Below are positions 9,401 to 18,504 of a stretch of DNA of 64,000 nt, piece after piece (within the stretch, counting starts at the first letter, position 1; the number at the start of each line of letters is the position of its first letter). Both the position numbers and the translations under genes were made by a program. Origin of the DNA: Victivallales bacterium (GTDB taxonomy: Bacteria; Verrucomicrobiota; Lentisphaeria; Victivallales; UBA1829); assembly GCA_045594005.1 (NCBI GenBank), contig JAZNXT010000138.1, positions 9,034 to 73,033 of the forward strand. The letters are read 5' to 3'. A model generated the notes under the pieces. The model was not told the DNA's origin. It did no database searches and saw only the letters and a program-made list of their open reading frames with translations.

Positions 9401-9952
9401 TTCAAACTTGTGGAGTTCGTGAGAGGTACGGAAACCGTCAAAGAACTGCAGGAACGGAACTTTTGCTTTGTAGGTGGAGAGGTGAGCCACCAGAGCCATA
9501 TCCATTTCTTCCTGAACGCTGTTGGCGCAGAGCATGGCAAAACCGGTGTTGCGGCAAGCCATCACGTCGGAGTGGTCACCGAAGATCGCGAGAGACTGGC
9601 ATGCCAGCGCACGGGCGGTCACATGAAACACGGTGGGGAGCAATTCACCGGCGATTTTGTACATGTTCGGGATCATCAGGAGCAAGCCCTGAGAAGCCGT
9701 GTAGGTGGTGGTGAGAGAACCTGCTGCAAGACAGCCGTGAACGGCACCGGCGGCACCGGCTTCAGACTGCATTTCGGCAACGTTGACTTCTTTGCCCCAA
9801 ATGTTTTTCTTGTGTTCGCTTGCCCACTGATCGACCCATTCGCCCATGGTGGACGACGGAGTGATGGGGTAAATAGCTGCGGTTTCGCTCAATGCATAAG
9901 CGACGTACGCGGCGGCATAGTTACCGTCTTGTGTGTTGATTTTGCCCGGCAT
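6416..9952 (-). CDS. nifJ: pyruvate:ferredoxin (flavodoxin) oxidoreductase
   Basis: 1178 aa with a GGAGGA RBS. N-terminus DGNYAAAYVAYALSETAAIYPITPSS, two ferredoxin-type cluster motifs (CIQCGICASACP, CTGCGVCLDQCP) and the TPP motif GGDGWANDIGY. Length and order match single-chain PFOR. Confidence 0.97.
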   Translation of the reverse strand: MPGKINTQDGNYAAAYVAYALSETAAIYPITPSSTMGEWVDQWASEHKKNIWGKEVNVAEMQSEAGAAGAVHGCLAAGSLTTTYTASQGLLLMIPNMYKIAGELLPTVFHVTARALACQSLAIFGDHSDVMACRNTGFAMLCANSVQEEMDMALVAHLSTYKAKVPFLQFFDGFRTSHELHKFEEISYEDIAKLVEPKYIEEFRARALRPEEPITKVGAQNGDVYFQGRETVNKFYNAAPAIVQEYMDKVAAVTGRNYKLFDYVGAEDATDVIVAMGSSCETIEEAITYLNAKRGTKYGLIKVRLYRPFCTEAFLAALPKTVKRIAVLDRTKEPGAIGEPLYLDVKVAVNDPAITIIGGRYGLSSKEFSPSMVLAIYKHLASSNPFHGFTVGIIDDVTNTSLTIDEEIVTEPEGTTNCMFYGLGGDGTVGANKTTIKIIGMYTNKDAQAYFAYDSKKSFGLTCSHLRFSDSPIKSTYLITSPDFVSCSTAAYIGRYDLLKGIKEGGTFLLNSHYSNDEVFSHLTRDMQETIINKKIKFYNINAEAIIKSQPGLRGKGANTVMMVAYFKLSGIVPYEKAEEGMKSLNAKTFGKKGQDVVDMNNKLVDLAADACQEVPVPASLDGVPYYTPGKLIPDDASEFAKKIIEPSMHNEGDSIPVSAMSVDGTLPTGTACLEKRGIAPRVPKWVKENCIQCGICASACPHAAIRTKLISQKDLADAPASFAVKPAVPACDDLQFKLQVYIEDCTGCGVCLDQCPMTAKEGKQAIVWSTLEAERAAGENANEKFFDATPDNVMGKNTVATVKGAMLRKPLFEFSGACAGCGETPYVKLMAQLFGENAIIANATGCSSIYGGTFPTIPYTKTKEGRGPAWANSLFEDNAEFGFGMRMAVDANRSTLKEYCEKVLAAEEAPAELKDAINGALAHWDNSKTPEAIAAQSAAKAVIAKCAAECDCPVLAKVNELSDYFCDKSVWIIGGDGWANDIGYAGIDHVVAMGKNVNILVLDTEVYSNTGGQSSKATPTAAVAKFAAGGKRTYKKNMGFMCMSYGYVYVASVALGADRNQVLKAFREAEAYEGPSIIFAYAPCIAHGIDMSKTQTEQKRAVEAGYWPLYRYNPAAEAPFSWDAKPATGSYQDFIRSEGRYKALVKANPAEAEALFEKAEKDAAKRMSFYQEVGKLM

Positions 9953-10074
9953 AGATTTCCTCCTCTGCGGGTTATGTTATGGTTGAGAAAAAATTGTAAA
10001 TGAACAATATTCTGTAATATACAGCACTTTCACGATTTTTCAAGTGCAAATGAGATTTTTTTCCATTCTGAATA

Positions 10075-10767
10075 TTATTTGTCCGCCAATGCAGGGTCGG
10101 TCATCCCCAATTCCGCAAATGCCGCCGCCCGCAGACGGCAGCTGTCGCAATGTCCGCAGGGGTGTCCATCCTCATCGGGTCCGTAACAGCTGTGGGTCAG
10201 AGAATAATCGAATCCCAGCTCCAGTCCTTTCTGAATGATCTCGGTCTTCCGCAAATTCTGCAAAGGCGCGCGGATCTGGAATTCCCAGCCTTCATCCACG
10301 GCTTTTGTTCCGAGATTTGCACATTTCCGGAAGGCTTCAATGAACGCGGGACGGCAATCCGGATATCCGGAATAATCCAGCGAATTGACTCCGATGAAAA
10401 TATCCCGAGCCCCGATGGTCTCTGCAAAAGAAGCGGCAAAGGAAAGAAAAATGGTATTCCGTGCCGGGACATAGGTGATGGGAACATGATGTTCGCCATT
10501 GGCGGGATCGGCTTCCGGCACATCGATACTGCTGTCGGTCAGCGCGGAGCCGCCCCACAGCCGCATATCAAAAGAAATCCGGCAGAACTGTTTGACACCG
10601 ATAAAGTTGGCGATTTTTTCAGCACACGCCAATTCCACCTGATGCCGCTGTCCGTAATCGAACGACAACGCATAAAGTTCGTATCCCTCCGCCCTGGCAA
10701 TGGCAAGACAGGTAGCGGAATCCAGACCGCCGCTCAAAAGAATCACTGCTTTTCTTGTTTCACTCAT
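10075..10767 (-). CDS. queC: 7-cyano-7-deazaguanine synthase
   Basis: Trimmed to ATG 10767 (GAAGGAG RBS), giving [20 protein letters not shown] with the PP-loop SGGxDS. The C-terminal zinc motif is [10 protein letters not shown]. Confidence 0.93.
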   Translation of the reverse strand: MSETRKAVILLSGGLDSATCLAIARAEGYELYALSFDYGQRHQVELACAEKIANFIGVKQFCRISFDMRLWGGSALTDSSIDVPEADPANGEHHVPITYVPARNTIFLSFAASFAETIGARDIFIGVNSLDYSGYPDCRPAFIEAFRKCANLGTKAVDEGWEFQIRAPLQNLRKTEIIQKGLELGFDYSLTHSCYGPDEDGHPCGHCDSCRLRAAAFAELGMTDPALADK

Positions 10768-10880
10768 CTCTGATCGCACTCCTTCTCTCAAAAAAATCAC
10801 AGTCCGGAATACAATACAGCCAGATCGCACTTTTTACAAGTCCACATTCACGCTTTTGCAGAATGAGTTTTTTTTATAGT

Positions 10881-10929
10881 CTTCAGTCTTCAGTCGGCAG
10901 TCTTCAGTCGGCAGTCTTCAGTCGGCAAA
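10881..10929. repeat. heptad-phased tandem repeat (cttcagt / cggcagt units)
   Basis: Seven consecutive 7-nt units read directly: cttcagt cttcagt cggcagt cttcagt cggcagt cttcagt cggcaaa. This is a 14-nt unit repeated 3 times plus an extra half unit. Confidence 0.9.
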
Positions 10930-10972
10930 GCCACGGGTTAGATGGATGAGCGGCTTCGCCGGAAGGGAAAAA

Positions 10973-11007
10973 GTCGGCAGTCGCCTTGTCCGACTTGTCC
11001 GACTGGG
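10973..11007. repeat. short related repeats (cggcagt unit again, then ccgacttgt / ccgactggg 9-mers)
   Basis: gtcggcagtcgccttgtccgacttgtccgactggg. It re-uses the cggcagt heptad and then shows a 9-nt direct repeat. Confidence 0.6.
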
Positions 11008-11149
11008 GGCAATGCATCTTTGGGGCTTTTTGCTTTTTCGCCATCTATCCTTAAATTAGGAACAGAGCGTTGAGGGAAAACAAATGATTCTGCGCAAAGC
11101 ACGCTTTTTAGCGTGCGGGATTAAAGCCTACGGGCGAGCCCTCATCCGC

Positions 11150-11190
11150 GTCCCGTAAGTCCCTGATGTCCCGAATGTCCCATCAGTCCT
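11150..11190. repeat. 9-nt periodic GTCCC array (5 units)
   Basis: GTCCC starts at 11150, 11159, 11168 and 11177, and GTCCT at 11186, with exact 9-nt spacing. On the minus strand this reads GGGAC every 9 nt. Confidence 0.85.
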
Positions 11191-11246
11191 CCCCAAACCA
11201 AAACGCCCCCCCGGTGCGGCTCCGCACAAACATCCCATAAAAAAAC

Positions 11247-12638
11247 TTACAATGCTTTGCACAGCAATTCTGTCATCAGATCACGGCAGATTTTGTACGG
11301 ATCTCCGTTCAACGGGATCTCCTCCATAAAATCCCACAATTTTCTGCGGCTCAAAAGATCGGCGGCGGCAGGAGAAAGCTGTTTACGGTCGAATGTCAAT
11401 TTTCCTTCTGCCATGCCGTAAGTTGCGCCGCGGAAGCCAATGAACAGCGGATCCAGCACATCTTCATTTTCCAATGCCAATGTGAGGAGAGCGCGATATG
11501 CTTTTGCGTCGGGGTTCCGGATGAAATCACGGTAATACAATGCATGTTTAAGTTTTACCGGATCGGTGAGATATTTTTCTGCGGGGAAATCACAGCCTAC
11601 AAATTCGCCGCTCTGACTGCGCAGGAGCAATTCTGTTTCTGTGGGTTGATAGTTCACTTCTTCGCCGTTGAGAGCTTTTGCCAGGATCTCAAACATTTCT
11701 TCAAAATTGGAATATCCCGGCTCGTATGCTTCGTAGCAAACGCCCTGCAGACCCAGTTTCCGGAATGTTTCCAAATCCTGTAAATAGCTCCATGTGCCAT
11801 GCTGAAACACACCGAAGCTCCCCTGGATCATGGCATTTTCGTGGACATAGACTTTTTGCGGGAAAGCGCGGCTCCATTCCTGCAAGCGTTTGAAGTGATA
11901 AGTATTTGCGCTGTCCGCATCCACTTCTTTTTCCAGAATGGCATCGGCGGCTTCCTTTGCCAGCTCCGGATCGGGAAATGTGCAATTTGCCAATGTATGT
12001 GTGGGTTTGCGGTAGAAAGTGTCGTACATGATATTGGTCATGTGTTGAAACGCCTGTGCTTTTTCCGGGATCCGGTAGCGTTTCACATACACATCGGTTT
12101 CAAATTTCAGATCGCTGCGGACTTCCAGTACCGCCTGCGTAAAAATATCCACAAAGGGCTGCCATTTTTCATTTTGCGGCAAGGCGCGGCATTTTGGACA
12201 TTGACAGAACATCAAACCATCTGCCGCCCGCATGTGAACATGTTTGATCTCCGGCGGCAGTTCTTTGAGCCATTGCCGTGCGCCGTATGCGTAGGCAGCG
12301 AGAGCTTCCGGCTCAAAACAGCAGGGATAAGTTTCACATTCCAAACGCTTTGTGAATGGTTCACCATTGATGTTTTTTGCAAAATAGCTGTGCTTCCAGT
12401 CGGAATAAGAAAGGAAGGTGCGCGGTCCGAATGTCATCAGAATAATATTCACTCCGGCGGCGCGACATTCTTCCAGGATCAGATCGCGATACCGTTTCCA
12501 TCCGTAGTCGTAATGGATGATGATGGTGTTCATGTTCAATTTTTTCATACGCCGGATAAAACGGCGCAGCTGTTCCGGCGTATGCCGCAACAGGCTTTCG
12601 CACGGATTGAATCCACGGATCTCAAAAGGTTTCATCAT
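11247..12638 (-). CDS. hypothetical protein (TIM-barrel-like, possibly carbohydrate-active)
   Basis: Trimmed to ATG 12638, which overlaps the upstream TGA by 1 nt (TGATGATG). 463 aa, MMKPFEIRGFNPCESLL...NTIIIHYDYGW, with the Cys motif MFCQCPKCR. I recognise no family. Confidence 0.7.
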   Translation of the reverse strand: MMKPFEIRGFNPCESLLRHTPEQLRRFIRRMKKLNMNTIIIHYDYGWKRYRDLILEECRAAGVNIILMTFGPRTFLSYSDWKHSYFAKNINGEPFTKRLECETYPCCFEPEALAAYAYGARQWLKELPPEIKHVHMRAADGLMFCQCPKCRALPQNEKWQPFVDIFTQAVLEVRSDLKFETDVYVKRYRIPEKAQAFQHMTNIMYDTFYRKPTHTLANCTFPDPELAKEAADAILEKEVDADSANTYHFKRLQEWSRAFPQKVYVHENAMIQGSFGVFQHGTWSYLQDLETFRKLGLQGVCYEAYEPGYSNFEEMFEILAKALNGEEVNYQPTETELLLRSQSGEFVGCDFPAEKYLTDPVKLKHALYYRDFIRNPDAKAYRALLTLALENEDVLDPLFIGFRGATYGMAEGKLTFDRKQLSPAAADLLSRRKLWDFMEEIPLNGDPYKICRDLMTELLCKAL

Positions 12639-13570
12639 CACACCGGGGTTGGAGTTTCTGCTTCGATCTCGGCAAAGGTCTTCCATTCCACTTCTTTGCC
12701 AAAGACTTTTTCAATGCGTTTCAGCAGCTCGTTCAAGCCTTCCAGACCGATTGCGCGTCCTTCGGAGAAAAGAGATTGCCAATGGGACAGGATCACCACA
12801 GGATCGCCCTTCTCCACCAGATCACGGATCCTGCCGCGTTTTCCATTTTCGCTCAACAGACAATCAATGCCGCATTTTGCGTTCAATAACGCCTGTTTTG
12901 CAGTTGCGGGATATTGCGTTCCCCAGAAGGGATCATCTGTATTTGCGGGGATCGTCACAACGCGTCCGGTTTTATCCGATTTATAAACCAGAGTCGGTCT
13001 TTCCACTTCATCGCTGCAATGCAGGAAATAGAAACAATGGTCGCGGTTCAACACCTTCCGGAACGCGATACCGATCCCGGCGGCATAGTTCACTTCATTA
13101 TCCAAACCGGTTGCCCAGGGCGATGTCACACCATCGGGTGTCAAACCCACATTATCCAGGATTTGGAGAGCAAGGCTCACATATTCTGCCACTTCCAGCG
13201 TGGAAAGTTTGCTGAAAAATTTATCTTCGCAGAGATGATGCACAGACTTATATTTATCGTTCCACGCCAGAAAATGAGTCAGGATCTCCGGTGTCAGAGA
13301 AAAATCCGGCATCACATAATCATGAACTGCCTTGATAAAACTTTTCTGCTCTCGGGGTGTCAAACAACAGATCTTCTCATCCAAACGCCCCAGACACGCG
13401 GGGATCGGTACAACGGAAAATTTACCTCTGGCACCATATTTCCGGGTGACAGATCCAAATTTTCTGACAAAGGATGCGGGGACGATTTTTTCGTGATGGC
13501 GTGTAAAGTCGTGATAACAGTACAGATTGACGGGTGCGCCGTCATCGATATTAAGGCTGAATGTCAACAT
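12638..13570 (-). CDS. hypothetical protein (weak NodB/deacetylase-like NIDDG motif)
   Basis: Trimmed to ATG 13570 (AAAGGGG upstream), giving MLTFSLNIDDGAPVNLYCYHDF... (310 aa). Translationally coupled to the downstream gene. The function call is weak. Confidence 0.65.
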   Translation of the reverse strand: MLTFSLNIDDGAPVNLYCYHDFTRHHEKIVPASFVRKFGSVTRKYGARGKFSVVPIPACLGRLDEKICCLTPREQKSFIKAVHDYVMPDFSLTPEILTHFLAWNDKYKSVHHLCEDKFFSKLSTLEVAEYVSLALQILDNVGLTPDGVTSPWATGLDNEVNYAAGIGIAFRKVLNRDHCFYFLHCSDEVERPTLVYKSDKTGRVVTIPANTDDPFWGTQYPATAKQALLNAKCGIDCLLSENGKRGRIRDLVEKGDPVVILSHWQSLFSEGRAIGLEGLNELLKRIEKVFGKEVEWKTFAEIEAETPTPV

Positions 13571-13734
13571 GGTTTTTGCCCCTTTCTTTTTTGGGATGAT
13601 CGTTTGACTGTGCATTAGTATAGCATGGGACAGGACAAATATCAACATACAATCACAAAAAAATTCTGTTCTGAACTTGAAAAAATGCCCCACAGCTATA
13701 TTTTAACTACATAAATAACACAATCTGATGGAGA

Positions 13735-14094
13735 ATGACAATGGAAGAAACGCTCATTACCACGCATCTGGTCAAAGCATTTGATCTGGGTGTTAATGGA
13801 AATTTGTACGGTGGAAGACTGCTGGACTGGCTGGATGAAGCCGGTGCGCTTTATGTTCACGATCGTTTTCATGCCTGTTTTGTAACATGGAAGATCGGCG
13901 AAACGGTCTTTCACAAACCGGTAAAACAGAATTCCATCGTAAAGATCCATGTAAGGAATGTGGATGTGCGCCGGTCATCTGTCGGTTTTGACCTTGTGGC
14001 AAAAGTCCGCGATGAAGAAGTGCTTACCACCTCTATGGTCTTTGTATGTGTAGATGCGGAAAGCGGCGTAAAAAGACCGATTTTTCCGGAATAA
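13735..14094 (+). CDS. acyl-CoA thioesterase (hotdog fold, YciA/BFIT-like)
   Basis: 119 aa with a GGAGA RBS. It carries GNLYGGRLLDWLDEAGALYV, typical of acyl-CoA thioester hydrolases. Confidence 0.8.
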   Translation: MTMEETLITTHLVKAFDLGVNGNLYGGRLLDWLDEAGALYVHDRFHACFVTWKIGETVFHKPVKQNSIVKIHVRNVDVRRSSVGFDLVAKVRDEEVLTTSMVFVCVDAESGVKRPIFPE

Positions 14095-14107
14095 ACAGGA
14101 GATTTTT

Positions 14108-16024
14108 ATGACAGATACCGTCCGATTCTGGCAGCTTTGCAACAATGGAACAGCCATCCGCTGGATCCCTGCAGAAACAGAAACACCCCATTATGACCAT
14201 GTGGAACTGGCAGGAAAAGAAACCGCACTGGTGATCTATTACGGAGTCAATGCCGATTCCACTCTTTCGCTGGAACTTCATTGCATTTATCCCATGCTGC
14301 GGTTGAAACCAAATGTGACTGTGGCATCCTTTCAGGCGGATCTCAAGGAAGAAGATCTGCCTGCACTCACCGTCAACGGAGAAATGCTGAAAGAATATCC
14401 GGAATCCTTTCTGTTCAATGGGGTTCTGACGATCATCAGCCGCACATCTGTTCCCGGATTGCGCGTCAAACGGGAAATTTTCCCCACAGACAATGATCCG
14501 GTGAATATGATCCGCATCACGCTTTTCAATGAAAGTACAGAAACGCTCCGGATCGATACGGTCAATAATCACGGACAAAAACTGGATCGCGGAGCCAGAG
14601 GGGTCTATATCCTGAACACAGCACTGCTGCCGGAAGGCGGAACCAGCCTTGCGCCCGGTGCGGAAACGACTTTTGCCCTGACCATTCAGGCACGGACAGC
14701 CGATCAGAAGATGCTTGTTTATGACAGTTTGAAAGAACTGCAGATGCGTCTGAACCGGGTAAAAGAACTGACCGCCCCCATGCAGCTGGAAACGGGGATC
14801 GCGGAATTGGATGCCGCATTTTATTTCTGCAAGATCCGGGCGGGCGAAAGCATTTTCCGTACCCGCGGCGGATATATGCACGGTCCCGGCGGGGAACGGT
14901 ATTACGCCGCGACATGGTGTAACGATGAATTGGAATATGCGGGACCGTGGTTTGCCTGGACCGGCGATGCACTGGCACTGGAGGCATCCTTCAATGCCTA
15001 TTGTCATTACATGCCGTTCATGGGACCGGATTACCGTGCCATCCCCAGCTCCATCATTTCGGAAGGGATCGACTTCTGGGAAGGTGCTGGGGATCGGGGC
15101 GATGCTGCCATGTATGCCTACGGGGCATCCCGTTTCGCGCTCACCTGCGGCAACAGGGAGATTGCGGAAAAACTGTGGCGGGGCATTGAATGGTGTCTGG
15201 AATACTGCCGGAGAAATCTGAATGAAGAAGGTGTGGTCAGATCGGATTCCGACGAAATGGAAAACAGATTTGAGTCCGGCAGTTTCAATCTCTGTACCTC
15301 CTCCCTCTATTACGGAGCCTTGAAAAGTGCGGCGGCGATGGCGGAAGAATTCGGCGAAAATAAAAAAGCAGACCTTTTCCGGGATCAGGCAAAAACGCTC
15401 CGTATCAATATGGAAAAATATTTCGGTGCGGAACTGCACGGATTCAAAACATACCGGTACTGCGACGGGAATACCACACTGCGATCCTGGATCGGGATCC
15501 CCCTGTGCATGGGGATCTTTGACCGGGCGGAAGATACAGTGAACGCATTGTATTCGGATTATCTGTGGTTCTACGATGGTATGCTGACAGAAGAAGGCTC
15601 CACGACCTATTGGGACCGCAGTCTGCTTTACGGCTTGCGCGGTGCCTTTGCCTCCGGAGTCAAAGCAGAACAGACCTGGCAAAAATTGCTGACCTATACG
15701 GAACACCGTCTGCTGGGCGATCATGTTCTCTACCCCATTGAAGCGTGGCCGGAAGGAGAAAAACGGCATCTTTCTGCGGAAAGTGCGCTTTATTGCCGTG
15801 TGATCACGGAAGGAATGCTGGGATTGGAACCGGTATCGAGCCATTCCTTCCGTGTGGCTCCGCATCTGCCGGAACAATGCGGATCGGCGGCATTGCGGGA
15901 GATCCGCGCCTTCGGGAAAATCTTTGATCTGACTGTTGACCGTGAATCGATCAAAGTCACCTGCCGCGGCATCACAAAGATTTATCCGGCGGAAGGCGGT
16001 ATTGTGGATCTTGCGGAGTTCTGA
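14108..16024 (+). CDS. hypothetical protein, possibly (alpha/alpha)6-barrel glycosidase-like
   Basis: 638 aa with an AGGAGA RBS, 13 nt after the thioesterase stop. Trp/Tyr-rich C-terminal half (WCNDELEYAGPWFAWTGD, YWDRSLLYGL). The antisense 614-aa ORF has shadow-like composition. The function is a guess. Confidence 0.7.
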   Translation: MTDTVRFWQLCNNGTAIRWIPAETETPHYDHVELAGKETALVIYYGVNADSTLSLELHCIYPMLRLKPNVTVASFQADLKEEDLPALTVNGEMLKEYPESFLFNGVLTIISRTSVPGLRVKREIFPTDNDPVNMIRITLFNESTETLRIDTVNNHGQKLDRGARGVYILNTALLPEGGTSLAPGAETTFALTIQARTADQKMLVYDSLKELQMRLNRVKELTAPMQLETGIAELDAAFYFCKIRAGESIFRTRGGYMHGPGGERYYAATWCNDELEYAGPWFAWTGDALALEASFNAYCHYMPFMGPDYRAIPSSIISEGIDFWEGAGDRGDAAMYAYGASRFALTCGNREIAEKLWRGIEWCLEYCRRNLNEEGVVRSDSDEMENRFESGSFNLCTSSLYYGALKSAAAMAEEFGENKKADLFRDQAKTLRINMEKYFGAELHGFKTYRYCDGNTTLRSWIGIPLCMGIFDRAEDTVNALYSDYLWFYDGMLTEEGSTTYWDRSLLYGLRGAFASGVKAEQTWQKLLTYTEHRLLGDHVLYPIEAWPEGEKRHLSAESALYCRVITEGMLGLEPVSSHSFRVAPHLPEQCGSAALREIRAFGKIFDLTVDRESIKVTCRGITKIYPAEGGIVDLAEF

Positions 16025-16142
16025 ACTGCCTGTTGCAAAAAAAACAACTGAAAGTTTTTCCGTTGCTGCTTGTAATCCGGAAGTTAAGCACTATATTACC
16101 TGTGATATAAGAAGTGTATTTTCAGTTTTGCCCGGAGTTTTC

Positions 16143-16991
16143 ATGAAAAAACAAGAAACTTATCTGTTCCATCCGCTGAAGGCAATAACACTGGTTTTTG
16201 AACGGTGGGACCTTTTGAAACAGTTTGTCCGCCGGTCGGTGGAGGAACGTTATCGCGGATCGGTATTCGGTCTGGTGTGGAGTTTTGCCCAGCCGCTGAT
16301 GATGCTGGCGGTCTATACATTTGTCTTTTCCACGATCTTCAAATCCAAAACGACTTTCGGCGGAGTGGCATCGGACATTCCCTTTTCGTTGTTTCTGCTG
16401 TGCGGGATGGCGGTTTTCGGGATGTTTTCTGAAGCGGTGAACGGCTGCTGCAATTCTGTGGCGACGCGTCCGAATTTTGTAAAAAAGGTGGTTTTCCCGC
16501 TGGAGGTCCTGCCGGTCAGTGCGGTGTTTTCCACCTTCATCCTGAATCTGGTCTGGTTTGTACTGCTCATCGGCGGGATGCTGGTGATGGTGCATAAAGT
16601 GTATTGGACGATGATCTTTCTGCCGTTGATTCTGATCCCGTTATTGCTGCTGTCGCTGGGCTGCGGTTTTATTGCGGCATCCATCAGCGTATATATCAAA
16701 GACTGTCAATATTTGATCGGTGTCTGTCTTCAAGTGCTGTTTTTCATGAGTCCGGTATTTTATTCCATGGACCGGATCCTGGAGTCAGATAAGGTGCCGC
16801 AGATCTGCAAAACGATCCTGCAGCTGAATCCGATCTATCCGCTGATCGAAAACACACGCAAGATCTTTCTGATCGGGGAAATGCCCAATTTTGTCTGGTT
16901 GGGGATTCTGACGGTTGTTTCATATATCATCTTCCACTTGGGAGCGGTGTTTTTTATCAAAACGAAGAAAGGATTTGCCGATGTCATCTGA
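16143..16991 (+). CDS. wzm: ABC-2 type polysaccharide/O-antigen export permease
   Basis: Trimmed to ATG 16143. 282 aa with the typical N-terminus WDLLKQFVRRSVEERYRGSVFGLVWSFAQPLMMLAVYTFVF and six hydrophobic spans. It overlaps the ATPase gene by 11 nt. Confidence 0.85.
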   Translation: MKKQETYLFHPLKAITLVFERWDLLKQFVRRSVEERYRGSVFGLVWSFAQPLMMLAVYTFVFSTIFKSKTTFGGVASDIPFSLFLLCGMAVFGMFSEAVNGCCNSVATRPNFVKKVVFPLEVLPVSAVFSTFILNLVWFVLLIGGMLVMVHKVYWTMIFLPLILIPLLLLSLGCGFIAASISVYIKDCQYLIGVCLQVLFFMSPVFYSMDRILESDKVPQICKTILQLNPIYPLIENTRKIFLIGEMPNFVWLGILTVVSYIIFHLGAVFFIKTKKGFADVI

Positions 16992-18306
16992 TGTGAATAC
17001 CAACGAATGTGTGTTTGATGACGATGTGATCATCGGGGTCCGCCATGTAACAAAAGTCTTTGAGATGTATGACAAGCCGCGACACCGTCTTCAGCAGATG
17101 ATGTTCGGCAAGTTCAAGAAATATTACAAGGAATTCAAAGCACTTGACGATGTGAGTTTTGAAGTTCGGCGCGGCGAATGTGTGGGGCTGATCGGGCGGA
17201 ACGGCTCGGGAAAATCCACGATCCTGCAGATCATCACAGGCACGCTTCAGCCGACGGACGGGGAAGTGTATATCAAGCCGGGTCTGCGGATCGCGGCACT
17301 GCTGGAACTGGGGAGCGGATTCAATCCGGAGTTTACCGGACGGGAAAATGTGTATCTCAATGCCAGTATTCTCGGATTCACGAAAGAGGAAACGGAAGCG
17401 ATGTTCCCGGCGATCGAAGAATTTGCGGAGATCGGGGAATTTATTGACCAGCCGGTGAAGACCTATTCTTCGGGGATGATGGTGCGTCTGGCGTTTTCGG
17501 TTCAGATCATGACGAATCCGGACATTCTCATCATTGACGAAGCTTTAGCGGTAGGTGATGCCAGATTTCAGGAAAAATGTCTTGCCGCCATGGGTAAGAT
17601 CTTCAAAGACAAAAACTGCACGGTACTTTTTGTGAGCCACAGTCAGCAGCAGGTGCAAGCCTTGTGCAACCGTTCGATCCTGCTGAAAAACGGGAAAAAG
17701 ATGTACGACGGCGAAGTGGAAACCGCCTTTCACACCTACAACACCAATGGCGAAGTAAATATTTCTCCCACTTTCGTGGATCTTTCTGATGTGGAAAGAT
17801 CTCATGTGGGGCTGCCGATGCGTATAAAATTGCTTTCTTTTGAATTGCTGGATCGGAAAGACAGCATAATTCCTGCCGGAGAAAAGCTGAAATACAAAGT
17901 AAGGATAGAAGGTTTGGATTTCTGTTCTGACTTCATGATTCGCATTCTTATTTTCACGGTCCAAAACAAATTTCCGGTATCCATGGTTTATACAGCTCCT
18001 GATTTCAGCATACAAAAAGGAGAAATCAAGGAATACATTTTTGAAATGGATATTTCGGCATTTGCCCCGGCGTGGTATTCGGCAACGCTTGTCCTTGCAA
18101 AATATATGGTCAATCATAAGCAACAGTTGTTTGACTCTATCCACCACTGTTGGTTTTTTTCTGTTACGGATGCCTCAAAAGATTTTTTCTATGGTCACTC
18201 ATGGGATTTACAATGGTGGGGACCCCAGAAACTCCCTGCATTGCAGCAACTTTTTCCTCAAGAAAGGAATGAAAACGAAGCATGGAAGAAATTACGAGAC
18301 TCATAA
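16981..18306 (+). CDS. wzt: polysaccharide ABC exporter ATP-binding protein with C-terminal extra (Wzt_C-like) domain
   Basis: Trimmed to ATG 16981. Walker A is GRNGSGKST, the signature is YSSGMMVRLAF, and Walker B is ILIIDEALAVGD. About 190 further residues follow the NBD, as in Wzt carbohydrate-binding domains. Confidence 0.9.
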   Translation: MSSDVNTNECVFDDDVIIGVRHVTKVFEMYDKPRHRLQQMMFGKFKKYYKEFKALDDVSFEVRRGECVGLIGRNGSGKSTILQIITGTLQPTDGEVYIKPGLRIAALLELGSGFNPEFTGRENVYLNASILGFTKEETEAMFPAIEEFAEIGEFIDQPVKTYSSGMMVRLAFSVQIMTNPDILIIDEALAVGDARFQEKCLAAMGKIFKDKNCTVLFVSHSQQQVQALCNRSILLKNGKKMYDGEVETAFHTYNTNGEVNISPTFVDLSDVERSHVGLPMRIKLLSFELLDRKDSIIPAGEKLKYKVRIEGLDFCSDFMIRILIFTVQNKFPVSMVYTAPDFSIQKGEIKEYIFEMDISAFAPAWYSATLVLAKYMVNHKQQLFDSIHHCWFFSVTDASKDFFYGHSWDLQWWGPQKLPALQQLFPQERNENEAWKKLRDS

Positions 18307-18504
18307 GTTTTCATTCTTCGATAACGTTGGGCAATCTTCACAGCTGTTGTCGTATTCGCTATGGGAAAGTATGGGCTATACAAACTCACGATTTTGTTTC
18401 ATTTTTCCAGAATGTGAAAATAGCTCCGGATCCGGAGGTAGTGAAGTACGCCATAAAAACGAATTGTGCAAAATAAAAAGATAGCGAAGATGGGAGAGAT
18501 TTTT

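Noticed and set aside
6308-10003. 1231-aa plus-strand ORF, the longest ORF in the track
   Set aside because: It is exactly antisense to nifJ (6416-9952), whose product carries unmistakable PFOR motifs. The plus-strand translation is low-complexity (G/F/V/H/R-rich) with no motifs. This is the typical shadow ORF of a GC-biased gene.
10768-10860. Possible preQ1 riboswitch upstream of queC
   Set aside because: I read the minus-strand leader (...gtgcgatctggctgtattgtattccggactgtgatttttttgagagaaggagtgcgatcagagATG). I could not find the short P1 stem plus A-rich tail of preQ1-I, nor convincing class II or III features. There is only a direct 9-mer repeat (agtgcgatc). It would need a covariance-model scan (Rfam preQ1-I/II/III) to settle.
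10755-10949. 64-aa ORF running through the heptad repeats
   Set aside because: Its start lies inside the 5' end of queC on the opposite strand. It has no RBS, and its repetitive SLQS/SVGS sequence is simply the translated tandem repeat.
10881-11190. CRISPR-like array?
   Set aside because: The units are only 7 to 14 nt long and directly abutting, with no unique spacers. No cas genes are in the window.
14033-15877. 614-aa minus-strand ORF
   Set aside because: It is antisense to the 638-aa plus-strand gene, which has an AGGAGA RBS and is operonic with the thioesterase. The minus-strand composition is shadow-like.
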